Shown here one piece after another: positions 36,662 through 51,166 of a DNA stretch of 64,000 nucleotides. The stretch's first letter is position 1; every line of letters begins with the position of its first letter. The notes under the pieces are model-generated. The model had not been told where the DNA came from. It saw only the letters and a program-made list of their open reading frames with translations, and did not search any database. Both the position numbers and the translations under genes were made by a program. Source of the DNA: Psilocybe cubensis. Lineage: Eukaryota. The stretch is from contig CM038998.1 in NCBI GenBank assembly GCA_017499595.2, positions 620,001 to 684,000 of the forward strand. The letters are read 5' to 3'.

Positions 36662-37470
36662 CGCAAGTTTCAAAGAAGCTGAGTACTTCAAGAAGAAGGA
36701 ATGACGACGATACTGAGGAAGTATAAAAAATACACGAAACACTTCCAAACGCCTTCTTATACGCGTTCCAAAATGCTAGTCCCAAGCTTGACCCCGGATT
36801 GCGGGGTAATTCTCGGACATACCTGTACCAAAGTATGAAGAACATATGCGACGGTCGGATGAGTATATTGCGTACGTAGGTCTGTTCGATGGTTAGGGCA
36901 AGCAAAAAGAATCTTTATAATTTCTATAAGCAGTCGTCAAGCGAGCTTTAATCACTTGACTCTTGACCCACTTGCAAGGTTGGAAAGCGTCCGAGTATAA
37001 GCGCCTTCGTCGACGTGATACTTACTATGAGGAAGTATACGTTTTGATAATTTGATTACCAATGGAGGTCGTCGGCTGTATTCCGAACTGAATTACGTCC
37101 CGAGGAACTGAATTTCCATAAAAAATCAGCTAGAAATACGCGTTTAAATGAAGGCGCTAACTTGCTCAAAGGTGCAGTCTCACGGGGGTACTCACCTTTG
37201 TGGGTCCTATGCCTTCTGTTAACTCACCAGGTCTTCTTTTGATCACAATTAAAAATAAAAGCAGACTTTACAACCCCAGGTTGCATCAATATATGTAGGT
37301 GCATGAGTGTGATTCTGGAAATTCCTCGGTGTATTTCATTTACCTCTTGCCGAACTCTTCTATGACAACATGCAATTAGGCTGTCACGGGCCCACCAGAG
37401 ATATCATATGGATGGGGGTGTCGGTGAGATGTGTCGTCAGCCAAGTCGTACAGATTTTTACGCCAATTCA
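36662..37470 (-). promoter_or_regulatory. Upstream region of GH6 copy 2, alignable to 24180-25006
   Basis: Shared blocks, e.g. GACTTGGCTGACGACACA, CCATCCATATGAT, CCCGTGACA.CCTAATTGC, CATCCGACCGTCGCATAT, GAGAATTACCCCG..ATC.GGGGTC.AGCTTGGGACTAGC. Confidence 0.8.
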
Positions 37471-38385
37471 TTTATCATGCTAGCACAATCGATGTTCGCA
37501 AAGGTGCGTCGGATTAGGTTTGTCGCCGTGCTTTCCAAGATTCAATTTTCGTTACTGTATGTGTGCATCGAAGTCGTATTCGAAGTGAGCTTGCGCACGG
37601 AAAATTTACGTTCATTAATCTCGGATAAGCTCAATTGAATAGCTTTGAAGCGTTCAAAAGTTGCGCGAAAACGTCTTTACCCTCGTCTTTAGAAATGTTG
37701 TCTGATTAATAGTACAGAGTTCTGAAAGCCAAGTCTTGCCCGGCACCATGCAAAAAGCGAGTAACACCCGACGTGAGCTATACACACTAAATATTAAATA
37801 AAAACTTCTGAGATACAGTACTCTGGAGCTGCTTCGACTTCACCGGCTCTTCTCCTGCTTTGAATGCGACAGTGGCTTTGGGCTGTTAGGAAGTGAGTTT
37901 GATTGAAGCGCCTATCTTGTCATCAGTGATCAAACGGAGATTCAAACATTCGCTTTTTTCCATTTTGCGGTGTTGCGCACCACTGTCGGCATCCATGATA
38001 TGTTCTCAGTTCGTTACAATTCATTCCATCTCAAAACTACTTTTACCCAACATGTTCCCCATCGGAGAATATCTGCAAGACAGAAAGCATGGATATCTTT
38101 GAAGGCAAGGAAATTAGAATCAAGGTATTGCAACATTCTAGTCGGAATCTGAGTCTGTTCTACACCGTGATACAAAAATTTTTCTTCATCTTTATGTTTG
38201 CACCCATGTTTCCTGTAGAGCGGTAACTACGCATACTTTCTCTAGATTGCTTTGCCAATTTAGTTTGAAAGAGTTAACTTAGAGGTCTCGGAATATACCG
38301 TGATCACGTGGATCAAATGATGCATTGGTCCTCGTCGGAGGAGCCGCTTGACCCACCACTGTTTGTACTTATAGCACCGCCCACG

Positions 38386-39159
38386 ATGAGAACTCCACTA
38401 CTTTCTTTGCTCTGGGGTCTTTCCTCACTATATATCACGTTTGCTTCACAAGACCACCAAATAGCCATGACAGAACCTGAATACACCCCACAGACGACGG
38501 TCCAGCCCACGCTCTCAGACTTGCTTACGATCGAACCATCGGCGTCGATATTCTATTCCTACGCCAGAGAGTTGGAGATGAGCTCGATGCTCTCTAAGCA
38601 GGACTCGAAGTTGACTTTATTCGTGCCCACAAATAAGGCTGTGATGGCTCTGGCGAGGAAACCGTGAGTTGTGGCTGTTGGCTGCGGCCTCTTCATTGTT
38701 CAAGTTTACGAACGCATATCCTTTCTCTTTGTCAGTCATCAAGGACCTGAACAACCTATAGAGGTTGAAATTTCCGATGAGGAGTTCCACAATAGAGCCA
38801 AGAAACATGTTGAACGCTGGGTTTCTGCTCATATCGTTCCTGTAAGTGCTGATTGTGCTGTTGCATCCTTTCATCGACTTACGATAATAATTGCAAAGGA
38901 ATACCCATTGTCTCTTGACGGGAACAATCACCCTACGCTTCTAGATGGGAAATCCATTTCATTCAAGCCTATATCCAAAGTTAGTGGCCATGGGGCAGAA
39001 TGGAGCCGAGTAACGTTGGATAATGGTGCCAAGATAGTAGGCAAGAAAGAGGTACAGTTCCGCTCTTGTTTTTCCTCCTTAAACTACTGACTGTTTTGCA
39101 TATGGAAGGGTTTGAATGGAGACTTGTATCTCATCGACGGAACAATTTCATTGGACTGA
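38386..39159 (+). CDS. Small secreted fasciclin (FAS1) domain protein, 4 exons
   Basis: Signal peptide; TLSDLLTIEPSASIFYSYARE, TLFVPTNKA, WVSAHIVP, NGDLYLIDGTI match the FAS1 H1/H2 motifs. Confidence 0.85.
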
Positions 39160-40667
39160 GGATAGGTTATCGTTTTTCTGTACTTTTGTCTTTCTTGTAA
39201 TTGATTGATTGACCTTGTTGCACCTCGCCGTGAGCTGTTCTTGAAACAAACAGAGGCCGCAATCCAACTTGAACGCAGCAGGCCACGTACGTGTGACCAC
39301 CCACCGGGTGTCTGTGCGTTAGTGTCAGAGACGAACAGAAACGCTGGAGCGGGATGCACCATTTGAAATGACACGGGTCAAATATCACTTATCATTGTTA
39401 CACTACCTTGCGGCCCATATTCACCCCAGCAAACCTACAGTCTCAATCATACACCTGGAAATTCGCCGCATTCATAAGTATTTTCCTGATGCAATCCTCA
39501 CTACTTCGGCGTCTCGCACTTTCTGAATTTACTTTCACGAATGCCGTGTTCACAAGAACAAAAATGATTGCATTTTCGCAAGCGTAACTCTTCTGTCGTT
39601 CAATATGACGTGTTCATCAAGGCAGACGTTGCTTCACAGATTCTTCGACCACATATGATTGGAGCCCCGATTCAGAAAAACAGTTCCGGGTGAACGTCTA
39701 ACTGTTTTGCCTATCAGGAGTCCTTTCAATGGTTCGCTCGGTCCCTACCCTAAATGACACGGTTGTCGTTACGGATCGTGTCCTCTTCATGATTGATATT
39801 TAGGGGATTCATGACGACCTGACGGATCTTGAAGAGCAGATTTTTGTGGCAGTAGCCAAAAAAGATTCCAACGAGAAGAGGGGGTTGATATTTGTGGCGT
39901 CCGCAAGGGATCTGGCTCTTGTAGGACCAAATGAATTCATGCTAGATGCATCGTTTACCTCTGATCTTACTTTGGATTTGTAAAATCCTTCTTCGAGGTA
40001 TGGTGTTACTCTTGTCATTCTGTTTGCGCTTTCCCTACTTAACAATGGTTGGCAGACTCATTAAGCACGGTCTGGGAGTACCTGTGCCGACGTGTTAACT
40101 CCCCATTCTGGCCCAATGATCACATTGTTCTCGATTTCTTTGAGTCCAAGGAGGTTAGATACAGGGAAAGCTTAGAACCTGTAAAGACTCCTGACAAATT
40201 TCACCGCAGGGGCTTCACGCGGCTATCACTGGTGTTCATTGTTGTCATTGAATGATACAGATCCTGAAGCTTGAAGCCATCTTGCAGAGCTACACAATCG
40301 GTATGCTGTGTCATATCCTTGGTCCCACAAGTCTCTGAGCTAATATACACGCGGGTATCACTTGTATTCATTGTTGATGTTCGACGTTCAAGGTTGAAGC
40401 GTCTGGCGCTTGAAGCCATATCGGAAGGCCAACCAATCAACATGCAGCGTCATATCTTGGTCCTACAAGTCCATGAATATGTATCGTCACTCTCAATGCT
40501 ATGACATCGTCTAATGACTTCAAGATTCAATTACTCAATGCATATATCTCTTTCACGAGTTTGGTTCAAATGCAAGTACTTAAGCCGATCCCCAAACTCC
40601 CTCCACTTTATCCCAAAATCTCCACTTAATCTTCTCTTCTTCTCTTCTCCAAAACCTTTGAATAAAT

Positions 40668-42172
40668 ATGCCAACCATCGACAAAGGTGATAAAATTCTG
40701 GTCACCGGAGCCAACGGATACATCGCAGCCTGGGTGACCCGTTTACTGCTAGAGCGAGGATATGCTGTTCGCGGAACTGTACGCTCGGAAGACAAAGGGG
40801 AATTTATGAAAAATTATTTTAACGGCGTCGGAATAGGAGAAAAGTTTGAAACAGTCATTGTTGATGATATTAGCAGGGTATGTAGATATAGAGATAGACC
40901 TTTTCAGGACTAATTTTCTGTTGTGTTTAGGATGGAGTATTTGACGAGGCTGTTAAGGGTGTCCATGCCATTGCCCATACGGCCTCACCTTTCCATTTCA
41001 GATCCAAAGAACCAAAGGGTAAGTGTCGTAGAATTTCTATTTTGACCTTGGTGGATGGACTCTTGAGGAACGTGTATTACAGAAATCATCGAGCCTGCCG
41101 TAAAGGGTACTATAGGCATTTTGGAAGCTACCATTAAACACGGGTAGCTATACCCCCTGAACTGCATGTTCCAATTTGAAACTCCCTTCATTTCTAGACA
41201 CGATGTAAAACGTATTGTCATCACATCTTCAACGGCGGCTATCATGGGCAACCAGGCTGAGATTTTCACTGAAGCTGATTGGAACAACGTTTCAGTAAAA
41301 GAAGTAGATGGAAAAGGTTCCGAGGCCAGTCCTATTCATATGTATTGCGCTTCTAAAGCTTTAGCTGAGAAAGGTAAACTTCGGCGTCAAATAATTTCGA
41401 TGGAAACACACTGATTAAGTGTTACATTTTCTGCTAGCTGCGTGGAACTTTTACGAAAAACATGCTGGTGCGATAAAATGGGACATAACAACTTTGAATC
41501 CGCCCTACGTGAGCAGGAGCTTTTTCGTTTTCAGCATTAGTCGGACTGACCATCCACTTTGCCAACCAGGTCTTCGGGGTAATTACTTTTTCTGAAATGG
41601 GCCATATATCATCTTTACTGACTACCCTTTCGAAAAGCCTGCTATTCATGATGTTAGAGCGGTGGAAAGTCTGAACACCTCACTGGCACTGTGGTACGAC
41701 TACGTCGTGAAAGGAAGTATCAAATCCAAGGAAGCGCTCGCAGACTCCAACTCATGGGTGGATGTCCGTGATATTGCCCTTGCTCATGCTATAGCGCTAG
41801 AGAACAAGGAGGCCGGTGGTGAGAGGATCATTATCAATGAAGGTTAGTTAACTTTGCCTTCTTCCAGCGTCAAGTTTTGAGTTTCATTTTGGCAGGAGGA
41901 TATATTTGGCAAGAGTGGCGTAAGTCCGTTGACGCTTTTAATAGGCTGACAGAGTTGACTCTTGGATAGTTTCCATTGCTAACTCCATCACTCCCTCGCC
42001 TCTTCCATCGCGTGCCTTTCTCCTCGGCTTTCCTGAGATTCTGGAGGGAAATCCAGTCAGCAAATTTCGGTTCCAAAAATCTAAGGAGGAACAAATTCTG
42101 GGAATTAAATTCTACACTAAAGCAGAAACCACCAAGGATATACTCGACGATTTTGCTAGACGGGGATGGTAG
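40668..42172 (+). CDS. NAD(P)-dependent epimerase/dehydratase family aldehyde reductase (GRE2/ARI1-like extended SDR), multi-exon
   Basis: [40 protein letters not shown] (YxxxK), [11 protein letters not shown]. Confidence 0.9.
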
Positions 42173-42303
42173 ATGTTTTCAGAAAAGAACATTTCATAGC
42201 TTAAATTGATGGTATCTCTTAACATTTTCCTTGCTTGGTCTCTTGCAGGCCGGTAAATATATGAACAATTGACTTTACATCCTCGAGTCAACCCCATCGC
42301 CCA

Positions 42304-43128
42304 TCAGACAAATTGGTAACTAATATGATCCAATCAGTACAGGCTTAGAACACAATTAGAACACACGCTCACGAAGTAGGTATATCTTTTTGCTTCAGGC
42401 CTTTGATTGGTATAGGAATACCAAGCTTTCCTTTGATAGTAGCCGCGCTGTCCATCCGAGAGTTCGTTAGTTTGTTGAATACTGCAGGCCATGGCATGAT
42501 ACTGACCGAAGATAAACATCCGTAGAGATCAAGTCCAATTTTAGTAACGGAATAATATCGAGTGACTTCTCTACCCCTTGGTCGAGCAGAACATCTGGAA
42601 CTTTGCCGGAATTTGCACTGTTAAGCGCCTTGACTACAACGGGCGTGGTGAATGTGTGATCAAAGCTCGCATAAACTGTCCCGTTAATGCCGGCTTTGCT
42701 CACAACACGATCAATCGTGAGTTCCAGTAGAAGCGGGTTTTTGACTAATCAGACGAAGGAAATGTACGATCAGTTAAACTTCGAAGACGTTGGCGTCGTG
42801 TGTTCCTACTGTCAAAATCCACCCTACAATCAATCAGACACCTCAATATTCGAATTTCAATGGATACTCAGCAAAGGTACTAACGAAAGTAAGTTATTTC
42901 CAAAGGTTTCAACCTTTACAGTGTAGCCATGAGTCACTTCATTACTCCATACCTGGAAGAAATAGAGCTTACCGAGATGTATGCATTAATTTTAGTTACG
43001 AGCCCTAGACCAATGGCATTAATGACATCGCCAATGAGGTCTCTACTTCCAATCTCCGTTGGGGAAGCGCCTACGGATAGCAGAAGATACCCGATAAAAC
43101 CGACAAGAAACGTGGAAATAGGAGCCAT
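42304..43128 (-). CDS. Small secreted protein, paralog 1 of 3 (LEA2/DUF3712-like beta fold by inference)
   Basis: Signal peptide; KNPLLLELTIDRVVSKAGINGTVYASFDHTF; multi-exon. Confidence 0.75.
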
Positions 43129-43768
43129 TATTTAGGCGTTCTGACGACTGGACAGATACGAGTACTGCGTTGGGAAAATACAAGAACAATATTCCATCTT
43201 CCATGTCGGCTATTTATAAAACGCAAGGTTCAACCTGATGTAGCTCCGGTGCTCATTTCTTCAACTTTTGTTTAATGATGATTGCATCCGCGGCGCTTAG
43301 AGTTTCGCATGATTCTACATAGCAGGTCATCTGGAATAAAAAGTGAATTAAACTGAACAGGTTACACGCGATATACCAATCAGATGACCACGGCGGTTGC
43401 ACGGCCTTAAGTTGTTACACCCCAGGGTACATCTCAGGTGTCGATAACTAAAGTGATTGTCGTTGAAGCGTTGTGTGCGTGCTGATTTCAAAGAATGGAA
43501 ACAATTTGACGAACAAAAGGGACACACGCATGGTGTACAAATGATCCACAGCGGAAAACACGGCCACCGGCAAATGTTCTCATGAATCGACTGCGTCTCA
43601 CCATCAGATGCGGGGAAAGTGATACGATGCGGAGAAGTGTGATGATATATTTTGCACTGTACCAGAAGGATAATTCAAAAGTTCGGATATCATATATGAG
43701 ACCCGCAATTTCTGGTGAATCATTTGGGACCTTGAAACTGTACCGAACGGGGTTATAAAATCGATGAC

Positions 43769-44571
43769 TCAGTCGAGCTCCAAGGTGTAGCTATAGCACT
43801 GTAAGTACCTATTTAAATGTAATTAAGAGTATAATACTCACTTTGTGGGTACAGCAGTTTGCTTGAGGCCCGTAAGCGCGATGGGAATGCCCAACGCGCC
43901 ACCGATAGTAGCCGCACTAACCAATTGATGAATGAATCTTTTTAGATGTGGCACCCTTTGATAGTAAGTAAGGTACTAACCGGACATTAGCATTTGTGTC
44001 AGGAAGATCCAGAATCCCAAATGGTATAATGGAGAGGGAGGCTTCCCCACCTTGCGGCAGTTGGACGTTGTTGATTAAGCCCGAATTTTTGGTGGCGAGA
44101 GGTGGAACAACGAGTCCTGGCTTGGGGAAAGTGTGGGTGAAGGTAGCAAATATGGTACCATTCAGGCCAGCAACCGCGCTGACACTGTCAAGAGTAAGCT
44201 CGATCGGGAGAGGGTTTTTTACTACTCTAATGATCAGTTTTCCGTTCCACGATAATACCTATCTTTACTGACCGTCAAAGTTGACTCTGCGTTGGGCAGC
44301 TTCAGCAAACGATGAATGTTACGGTGTTGGAAATGAAATACTTACGAAATGACGTTGGTCGTCAGTGATTCCAGCTAAAGTATGATTGAGAATGCAGTAT
44401 ATGATTTATGCAGAGGATGCTTACAGTGACGAATGCATTTATATCTTTCACTAGACCAATGTTGAGAAGGTTGATGATATCTGCAATGCCCAAATCAGTA
44501 GCTGGAGCTGCAGGTGAGGCTGATGCAGCGCCGGCCACCAGAGCAGCAAGAAGTACGCGTAAACCAAACAT
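43769..44571 (-). CDS. Small secreted protein, paralog 2 of 3
   Basis: MFGLRVLLAALVAGAASA; KNPLPIELTLDSVSAVAGLNGTIFATFTHTFPKPG; ends YTLELD*. Confidence 0.8.
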
Positions 44572-45691
44572 GGCCTTCGTAGTATACAGAATTTACGAGC
44601 GACTAGTCAATGAATGGGCGCTTTGAGAGCGATGGCGACACTGGAGAGAAAAACTGCAGACGATGTGTATTTATATGCTCGCACCAGCAGAGGAACTGTT
44701 AACCATGCTGAAGCGAGGACAGTGTGAGCTACAAAGGCTGCTTCAATGTAGTTGCTAAAGTTAGCACCGCATCAGGTTAGAAGCTTAACGACATAATCAT
44801 GCTCCTGGAATCATAGCAGACCCCAAGAATGATAGAAATTCCTCTGCGAAGCCCAGAGCATAAAATTCCCGTGATCGTCTGTGGGAATCAACGCGTCATT
44901 TCGAAGTCATATGCCGATTGTTAAGGGAAACCTTGTAGGCTAACGTGGGTTTCAAGTACGATGCCACATGGGCTGCATTGGTCAGGCGGAGTATAGGGTC
45001 GCAGATGGAATACTATCCAGCTTAATGGTGATTTCGGCTCTTTGCGGCGCACGCTAGCTGTCTGTGGAATCTCGGTGGAATCGGAGGCGCAGAATTATCC
45101 AGATTTGTGTGCTTTTTCCTGTACAACTGTGAGCACGTTTCAAACGAGTAAGACCATTGACACGCCAAACATGTATTGAAATCTGGTGGAAATACGGGTT
45201 AGTATGTTGGCAACTTCATTGGCTTGCTGGTAGCCATATAGAGCCCAATTTGATCCGCTGGAGTAGAAGCAAGAAATATTCGGTGAGAGATACAATGGTT
45301 TGAAGGCTCCATCATGTCCTGAGCAAAGCTGCAGTTGGAGGCAAGAGGCCGATTGAGGTTGAGTGAGAAGTTGCTCTGACTAAGCTCTGACCGCATAGTG
45401 CAACCGATGATCACATGACTTTTGAATAATATCAGGTGATCAGTGACGCAACGCGAACAGCGACGCGCCTAAGGCTATGCGATCAAAATGAAAACTTGAT
45501 CGTTCGAAATTGCTTCACTTTTGAAAGTCAACTATTCATATAAACATAATGCAGCAAATTTTCATTTTTGTGCTCCGAAAACTATTCATTCAAAAGAACG
45601 TTCTGGGAAAATGAGGCAAACGTGAATGAGTCTGGTCCTTTCAGATCCCTCTCCAATCCCCTGATAATCAGTTGAACGATGGAGACAGTGC

Positions 45692-46536
45692 TTAGTCAAG
45701 CTCGAGCGTATAGCTGTAGTTTTGTAAGTAAGAAGATTTGGATGTGAGGATAAGAAATTAATCTTACTTTGTAGGAACTGCTGTTTGCTTAAGACCATCC
45801 AGAGCGATGGGAGTACCAAACAATCCACCAACAGTAAAGGCCCTGTTACCCAAAGCAGCATGAATAAGCCTTTGATCACTCAATGAAATTATATATCTGC
45901 AATTTTTTCATACCTAACATTGGCATTCGTATCAGGGAGATCCAAAATGCCGAAAGGGACAATGACGAGAGATGCCTCCGCTCCTTGAGGAAGCATGACA
46001 TTGTTGATTATGCCAGAGTTCTTAGTAGCAAGAGGGGGAACTACTAAACCAGGAGCGGGGAATGTATGGGAGAACGTAGCAAAAATGGTACCGTTGAGTC
46101 CCGCTACTGCGCTGACACTGTCCAGAGTCAACTCAATTGGGAGGGGGTTTTTGACTAGAATGTTTCAAAAAAAAGCATAAGCTCTACAAAGCTCGATTGG
46201 AAAAAAGAACATCTGTACCATCGAAGTTGACCCTAAGAAGAGATATTAGCTATCAGGTTATACCCAACTACAGAGAATACAATTCGACTGACGAGATGAC
46301 ATTGGTGGTCAAGGAATCAAGCTATGAAAGATTTTTTTTTTAAGTCAACACAACTAGAGTTTGCAAAAACAGAGATTTACCGTAATGAATGCATTGATAT
46401 CTTTGACAAGACCAACGCCAAGGGCATTGATGATTTGTGCCGGAGAGAAAGGATCACTAGCAGTGGCTGCTGGTGAAGCACTTGCAACAGCTAGAAGTCC
46501 ACCGAAAAGCGCCAGAAATGAGTTGAAGCGAGCCAT
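45692..46536 (-). CDS. Small secreted protein, paralog 3 of 3
   Basis: MARFNSFLALFGGLLAVASA; KNPLPIELTLDSVSAVAGLNGTIFATFSHTFPAPG; ends YTLELD*. Confidence 0.8.
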
Positions 46537-47307
46537 GCTAAGTCGAGGTTAATAGGAGTTTGGTGAGTGGAGTAGTACGAGAGAAACAAAAATGTAGTTA
46601 GCACAGTAGAAAATCATCAGACACTGTGCACTTATATAGAGGAGATTATATTTTAGAATAGTGAATCCGGGGCAGAGGTATTCAAGCCAAGTTGAATGCA
46701 CAGTCATCGACTGCACCCGTACGTTTCGGCACAAGTGTCGGACAGGAATAGACGCTCGCGCACAGGCCGTGTTAAGGGTTAACTGCTCGCACGTCAGCGA
46801 GAGCGAACACAGATTGCGGCTGCTGACCTCATCCCAAAATTTCGCAAGAAGAAAGTCACACCAGTATAATTAATAATGAATAAACAGCGAGTCATCAAGC
46901 AACTGAGCTGGATGGAAGGCCCACATGGATTTCACATGTCTAAACCTGGTCTTGACTTTGGTGTTCTGAGTTCTCACCTTCCATTCAAAAATATGCGAGA
47001 GATGGCAAGCTATTTGTACTTGGGAAAGCTGTTCAATGTCCGTTCGTCACTAAACATGATTGCAGTCGCGACTGGTACCGATGAGAAGGCGTTGATATTA
47101 ATGGCAATGCTCGGGGCCCGATAGTGGTCGAATCTGTAAAAGAAACCAGGCCGCGGCGGTATCCGTTCAACTAAACTAAGGCATCACCGCTGAATTCAAG
47201 AAGTGTTATTAATTCCGGATTAACAAAATAAAGGAAAGTTCTACACGAAGAAGAGAAAAAGATCCACAAAAGCAAAAGGGACAGCAAACGTTTGCACACA
47301 TCTGTTT

Positions 47308-50300
47308 TTACACAGACAGGGGCTTGCTATCTTTTTGAGCTAACAGGACAGCATCATCAGCTACTCTTAAGTTCATAGGAGGAAGCATACACGCAAACTT
47401 ACCCATCGTTATCCTATCACCCAGCGAGAGAGCGATGCCCTGTGTTTTGCTACGAATGCGCACGTGACCCGTGATTGTACCATTTTCTGTGCGCTCTACA
47501 CTGAGATTGGCCAGGGCATCCTCACCTAGAACAGACAGCATGAGCTCAGATAACAAAAGCAAAAGAGGCCAAGCTTACCGAACAGACTGCGGGCGTACAT
47601 GTTCGCCGACAAGAAGTCGCACTCTCCTGAGGTGGCACCCTCGGGTGTCAGGCACGACATATTGGTAGCTTTCATAACGTGCTTCAAGTATTCACGAGGA
47701 TCACTAAGAATTCCGGTGAGAAATATTGTGCAAGTGTACAAATGAGTCGAGCTTGACATACGACATGGGGTTGTTGACATTAACCCGGTTTTCCCATTCA
47801 AATTCTGTCCACATGCTACGGAACTGCAAATAGTAAAAAATTGGTTCCATGAGAAACAAGCGTCACATAAAGATGTAAGGACATACCTGAGCCTCGTTAC
47901 AGTACGCTGGTTTGATGTAGTCCATGATATCGATGTGGATATCGTTGAGGATGACACAAGCTTCCGACATGTTAGGACCCTCCCAAAGTATACTTCCAAA
48001 GATGACGCCAGTCTCGGTCGAAGAAACCTTGATTGTTGCTTTGATGCTTTGGAAGCCATGCGGGGCAATGGTGTAGACAGCAGGGCGCTCTACTATCTTG
48101 AGATCACCCAAAGTCGCAAAGTCCAAGCACAGATTTTGCAGGGTGTTTCCTGTCTGGTTGACCAAAAGGACATCTAGAAAGAGGGAAAGTAAGTCGAATG
48201 AAGCAAAAAATCTCCTTCGAATGAGTATGTACCAAGTAAGATATCGAAACCATGCATCTTGACATATGCTTCTGCATATATGGGATCGGAGAAGCCTACA
48301 AAATATGCATTAGCTGTGGTCAATCACAACTCGAACTAAGATTACCTGTCAACTGTGAAATGCGGCTGAGGTTCGACATAAAGTCTTCCTGAACTTCCGC
48401 AGATCCAGTAGCACGACCAACATCTTCGTCATACTAAATGTGTATTCAACGTCAACAGAATGTCACAATGCAAGAGAAACAGGACCAACATCAATGGCCT
48501 CATCAGCAGTCCTCTTCGAGAACTGACGGAAGGATAGCAAATCGTCTACTTGAACAGTAACCGCCTTCGCAGTCTCGGCATCTTTCTTCTCAGCAGCACG
48601 TTTCTATAACCCGAGATATTAGCGATAAAAGTGGATGAATGAACACAAAAACAACCTCTTGTGCACCCAGCATCTTGGTGAAAGCAGTCTTCGTATCCTC
48701 CAAATACATCTCCTGAACAGCAGGCTGCGACTCCAAATCACTGAGGGTCTGAATGCAAGTCATGATGCGCTCGTTGGAGTCTTCGTCGATTTGTACGGTC
48801 ACAAATTTGGATTGGCCAACTCGGATGATGGAAGTCATGATTAACATTGACTGAGAACAAAGTGAGCAACACAGTCAATATATGCGCAACTGAATAGCTA
48901 ACAGCAAAACACCGACCTCCGCCCTCAGCATGTTAGAAGCGACCTGGTCTTGAGAGGCCTTGTCGAAACGAAGCACCAATTTCGTCAGAGCAGATGCCAG
49001 CACGGCACCGGTGAAGAAATCTCCGCCAAGAATCAACGCTGTCAATGAAAATCAGTCCAAAATTGTATAATCGGCAAGTGAGGGTTGTGTACTCCTCAAA
49101 GGCGGTTTCGCAGCTGCCTTAACTGCTTCGAGCCTGGCAGCGCTTGTGCTGGTGTACGCAGTCTCGGTGGCATACGTTCCATCAGCCAGAACCTTTGGCC
49201 TGCTGCTACCTTCCGTCTTTGGCTTCTCTGATTCTTCCTCTCCGTCTCCACCAGCCTCATCCAACAAGCGTTGTTCCGAAGCGAGAATGGGGATCTCGCC
49301 AATGACTTTACGGACTTCACGCATCGTACTGTGAATATCAGCCACGGATTCGACGTATTCACCCAAGATCCAGAGCACGCCGCGGAAGACTTTGCCTGAC
49401 TTGATTTCTGAGAGCGTTGAGATAAGTTTTTCGCAAATGGTTGATCGGAGGTGGGGGAATTTCTCGACGACTTCCCTGCAGATGATAGTCAAGGAAGGTG
49501 AATATTGGAAATAGACAGAGATACTTACCGTACGAAGGCAACAACGTCGAGGGCAGAAGGGTTATTCGAATCACCCAAGAATTCCATGAGAGCATGGACA
49601 ACACTAGCAGCGACTTCAGAGAATTTAATCGCAGTAACGTGAATAGATTGGATAAGAAGTTGGCGGTATTCTGGGGCCTGATTATAGAAGTTTAAGATAT
49701 AAGCGTGTGTGAATTGGCTTTGAAGATTCACCTTTTCGAAATCTGCCTCTTGAGTCTTCTGAAGTTGTTTCTTGAGGAACAGGACAACTTCTTCCACGTT
49801 CCGACTCGAGGTCATGCTTAATACGATGCTAATGGCTTTCCGTCGGACCTCCATGTCAGCGCTGCAGGTAATTCAGTTAGAACAGGAGATAGAAATACAA
49901 CGTAAAGAACGTGCCTTGACAACACTTGTAGAACATCCATAATCAGCCCATCAATAACCTGTCCATGTTTCGAACGCAAGTTATCGAGTCGATCCAAGAC
50001 AATGAGTTTGACGTTATTGTCTGACTCCTTAATGACGAGTGAGATGAAAGAGGCTGCAGCAGCTATAGGGAACGATCAATGAGTCGCCTAAGATGTTATT
50101 AAAATTTTAAGTATCGGACCTTTAACTGCTGCGGGATTTTGAGTAAGGGTAGTAAGGGTAGTAGCTGCTTCGTATTTGACGGCATGAGATGAGGCGTTAA
50201 GCAATTCAAAGATACAGCGGATATATCGTGACTGTGGGCGGGTCAGTAAAAAAGTGGAAAAGAGGCTGAGGGACGTACGCGGTGAGTTGAGTCATTTTTG

Positions 50301-51166
50301 CAGTCCAACCTGATGACCTCAATGATGCTCATCTGCAAAGCTTCATCCAAAGTTCCGATGGAGTCGTATATGCTCAAAATGTATTCGACAGCTTTTGGCA
50401 TGGCACAGTGGGCGAGGAAAACGAATGCATTGCGTTTGCATGAAGAGTCGCTCTCTGCAATGAGGAAAGTATACATGAGTTCCGCCGCGTCGGGAATGAG
50501 GTGCTCGAATTCGCGGTAAATTGAATACAGGGCAAAAACTGCGTTCTTGCGGACGTATGAATGACGGTGCTCAAGGCATGCGCGACAGGTGGGTATCAAA
50601 GGCTCCAGAAGTTCTTGGTCTTTGGCGATCTTCTGGAGGAAGCGGAGGGTTGCACCTCGGATATACTCATTAGGATGTTGCTACGCGAACGTTAGTGTAC
50701 TCTTGCACTTTGATTCAGCAATCGAGACATACCAGGTCGTTTCGGATGGCATTCCTAAACAACAAATCGTATTGAGAGAGAGATTTTGGAAGTATTTTGG
50801 CCGCGCACGTACACAACAAGAATCATCTCCTGCTTCAACTTCCCGTTCTCGTCATATTTAGGGCATACCTCCCAATAGAAATGTAGGAGCTTCTTGAGCT
50901 GCTTATTCCGCGAAGGCATAACGAATTGAATGACTGGCATCATTAATGTGGGCTATAGTTCGATGAGTATTGGGCATTAGACGTATAGGCAACACGCTCA
51001 CCTGAGGGTTTCCATTGATAGTCGATATAATAATCTTGCGCAACGTGTCGATTTTGACCTCGTCAGATCCCTTCTCAAGAGCTGAACGAAGCTCTGAGGC
51101 TGAAGGGTACTCAGCACTGGACTCAAATACCACCGTATAGCATGATGAATCCGATGATGAGGCCAT
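47308..51166 (-). CDS. SEC26: Coatomer subunit beta (beta-COP), multi-exon
   Basis: [133 protein letters not shown]. Confidence 0.97.

Noticed and set aside
40216-40480. Short imperfect direct duplication (CACGCGG.TATCACT.GT.TTCATTGTTG; GTCATATC.TTGGTCC.ACAAGTC)
   Set aside because: Two degenerate copies only, with no element ends or coding signal.
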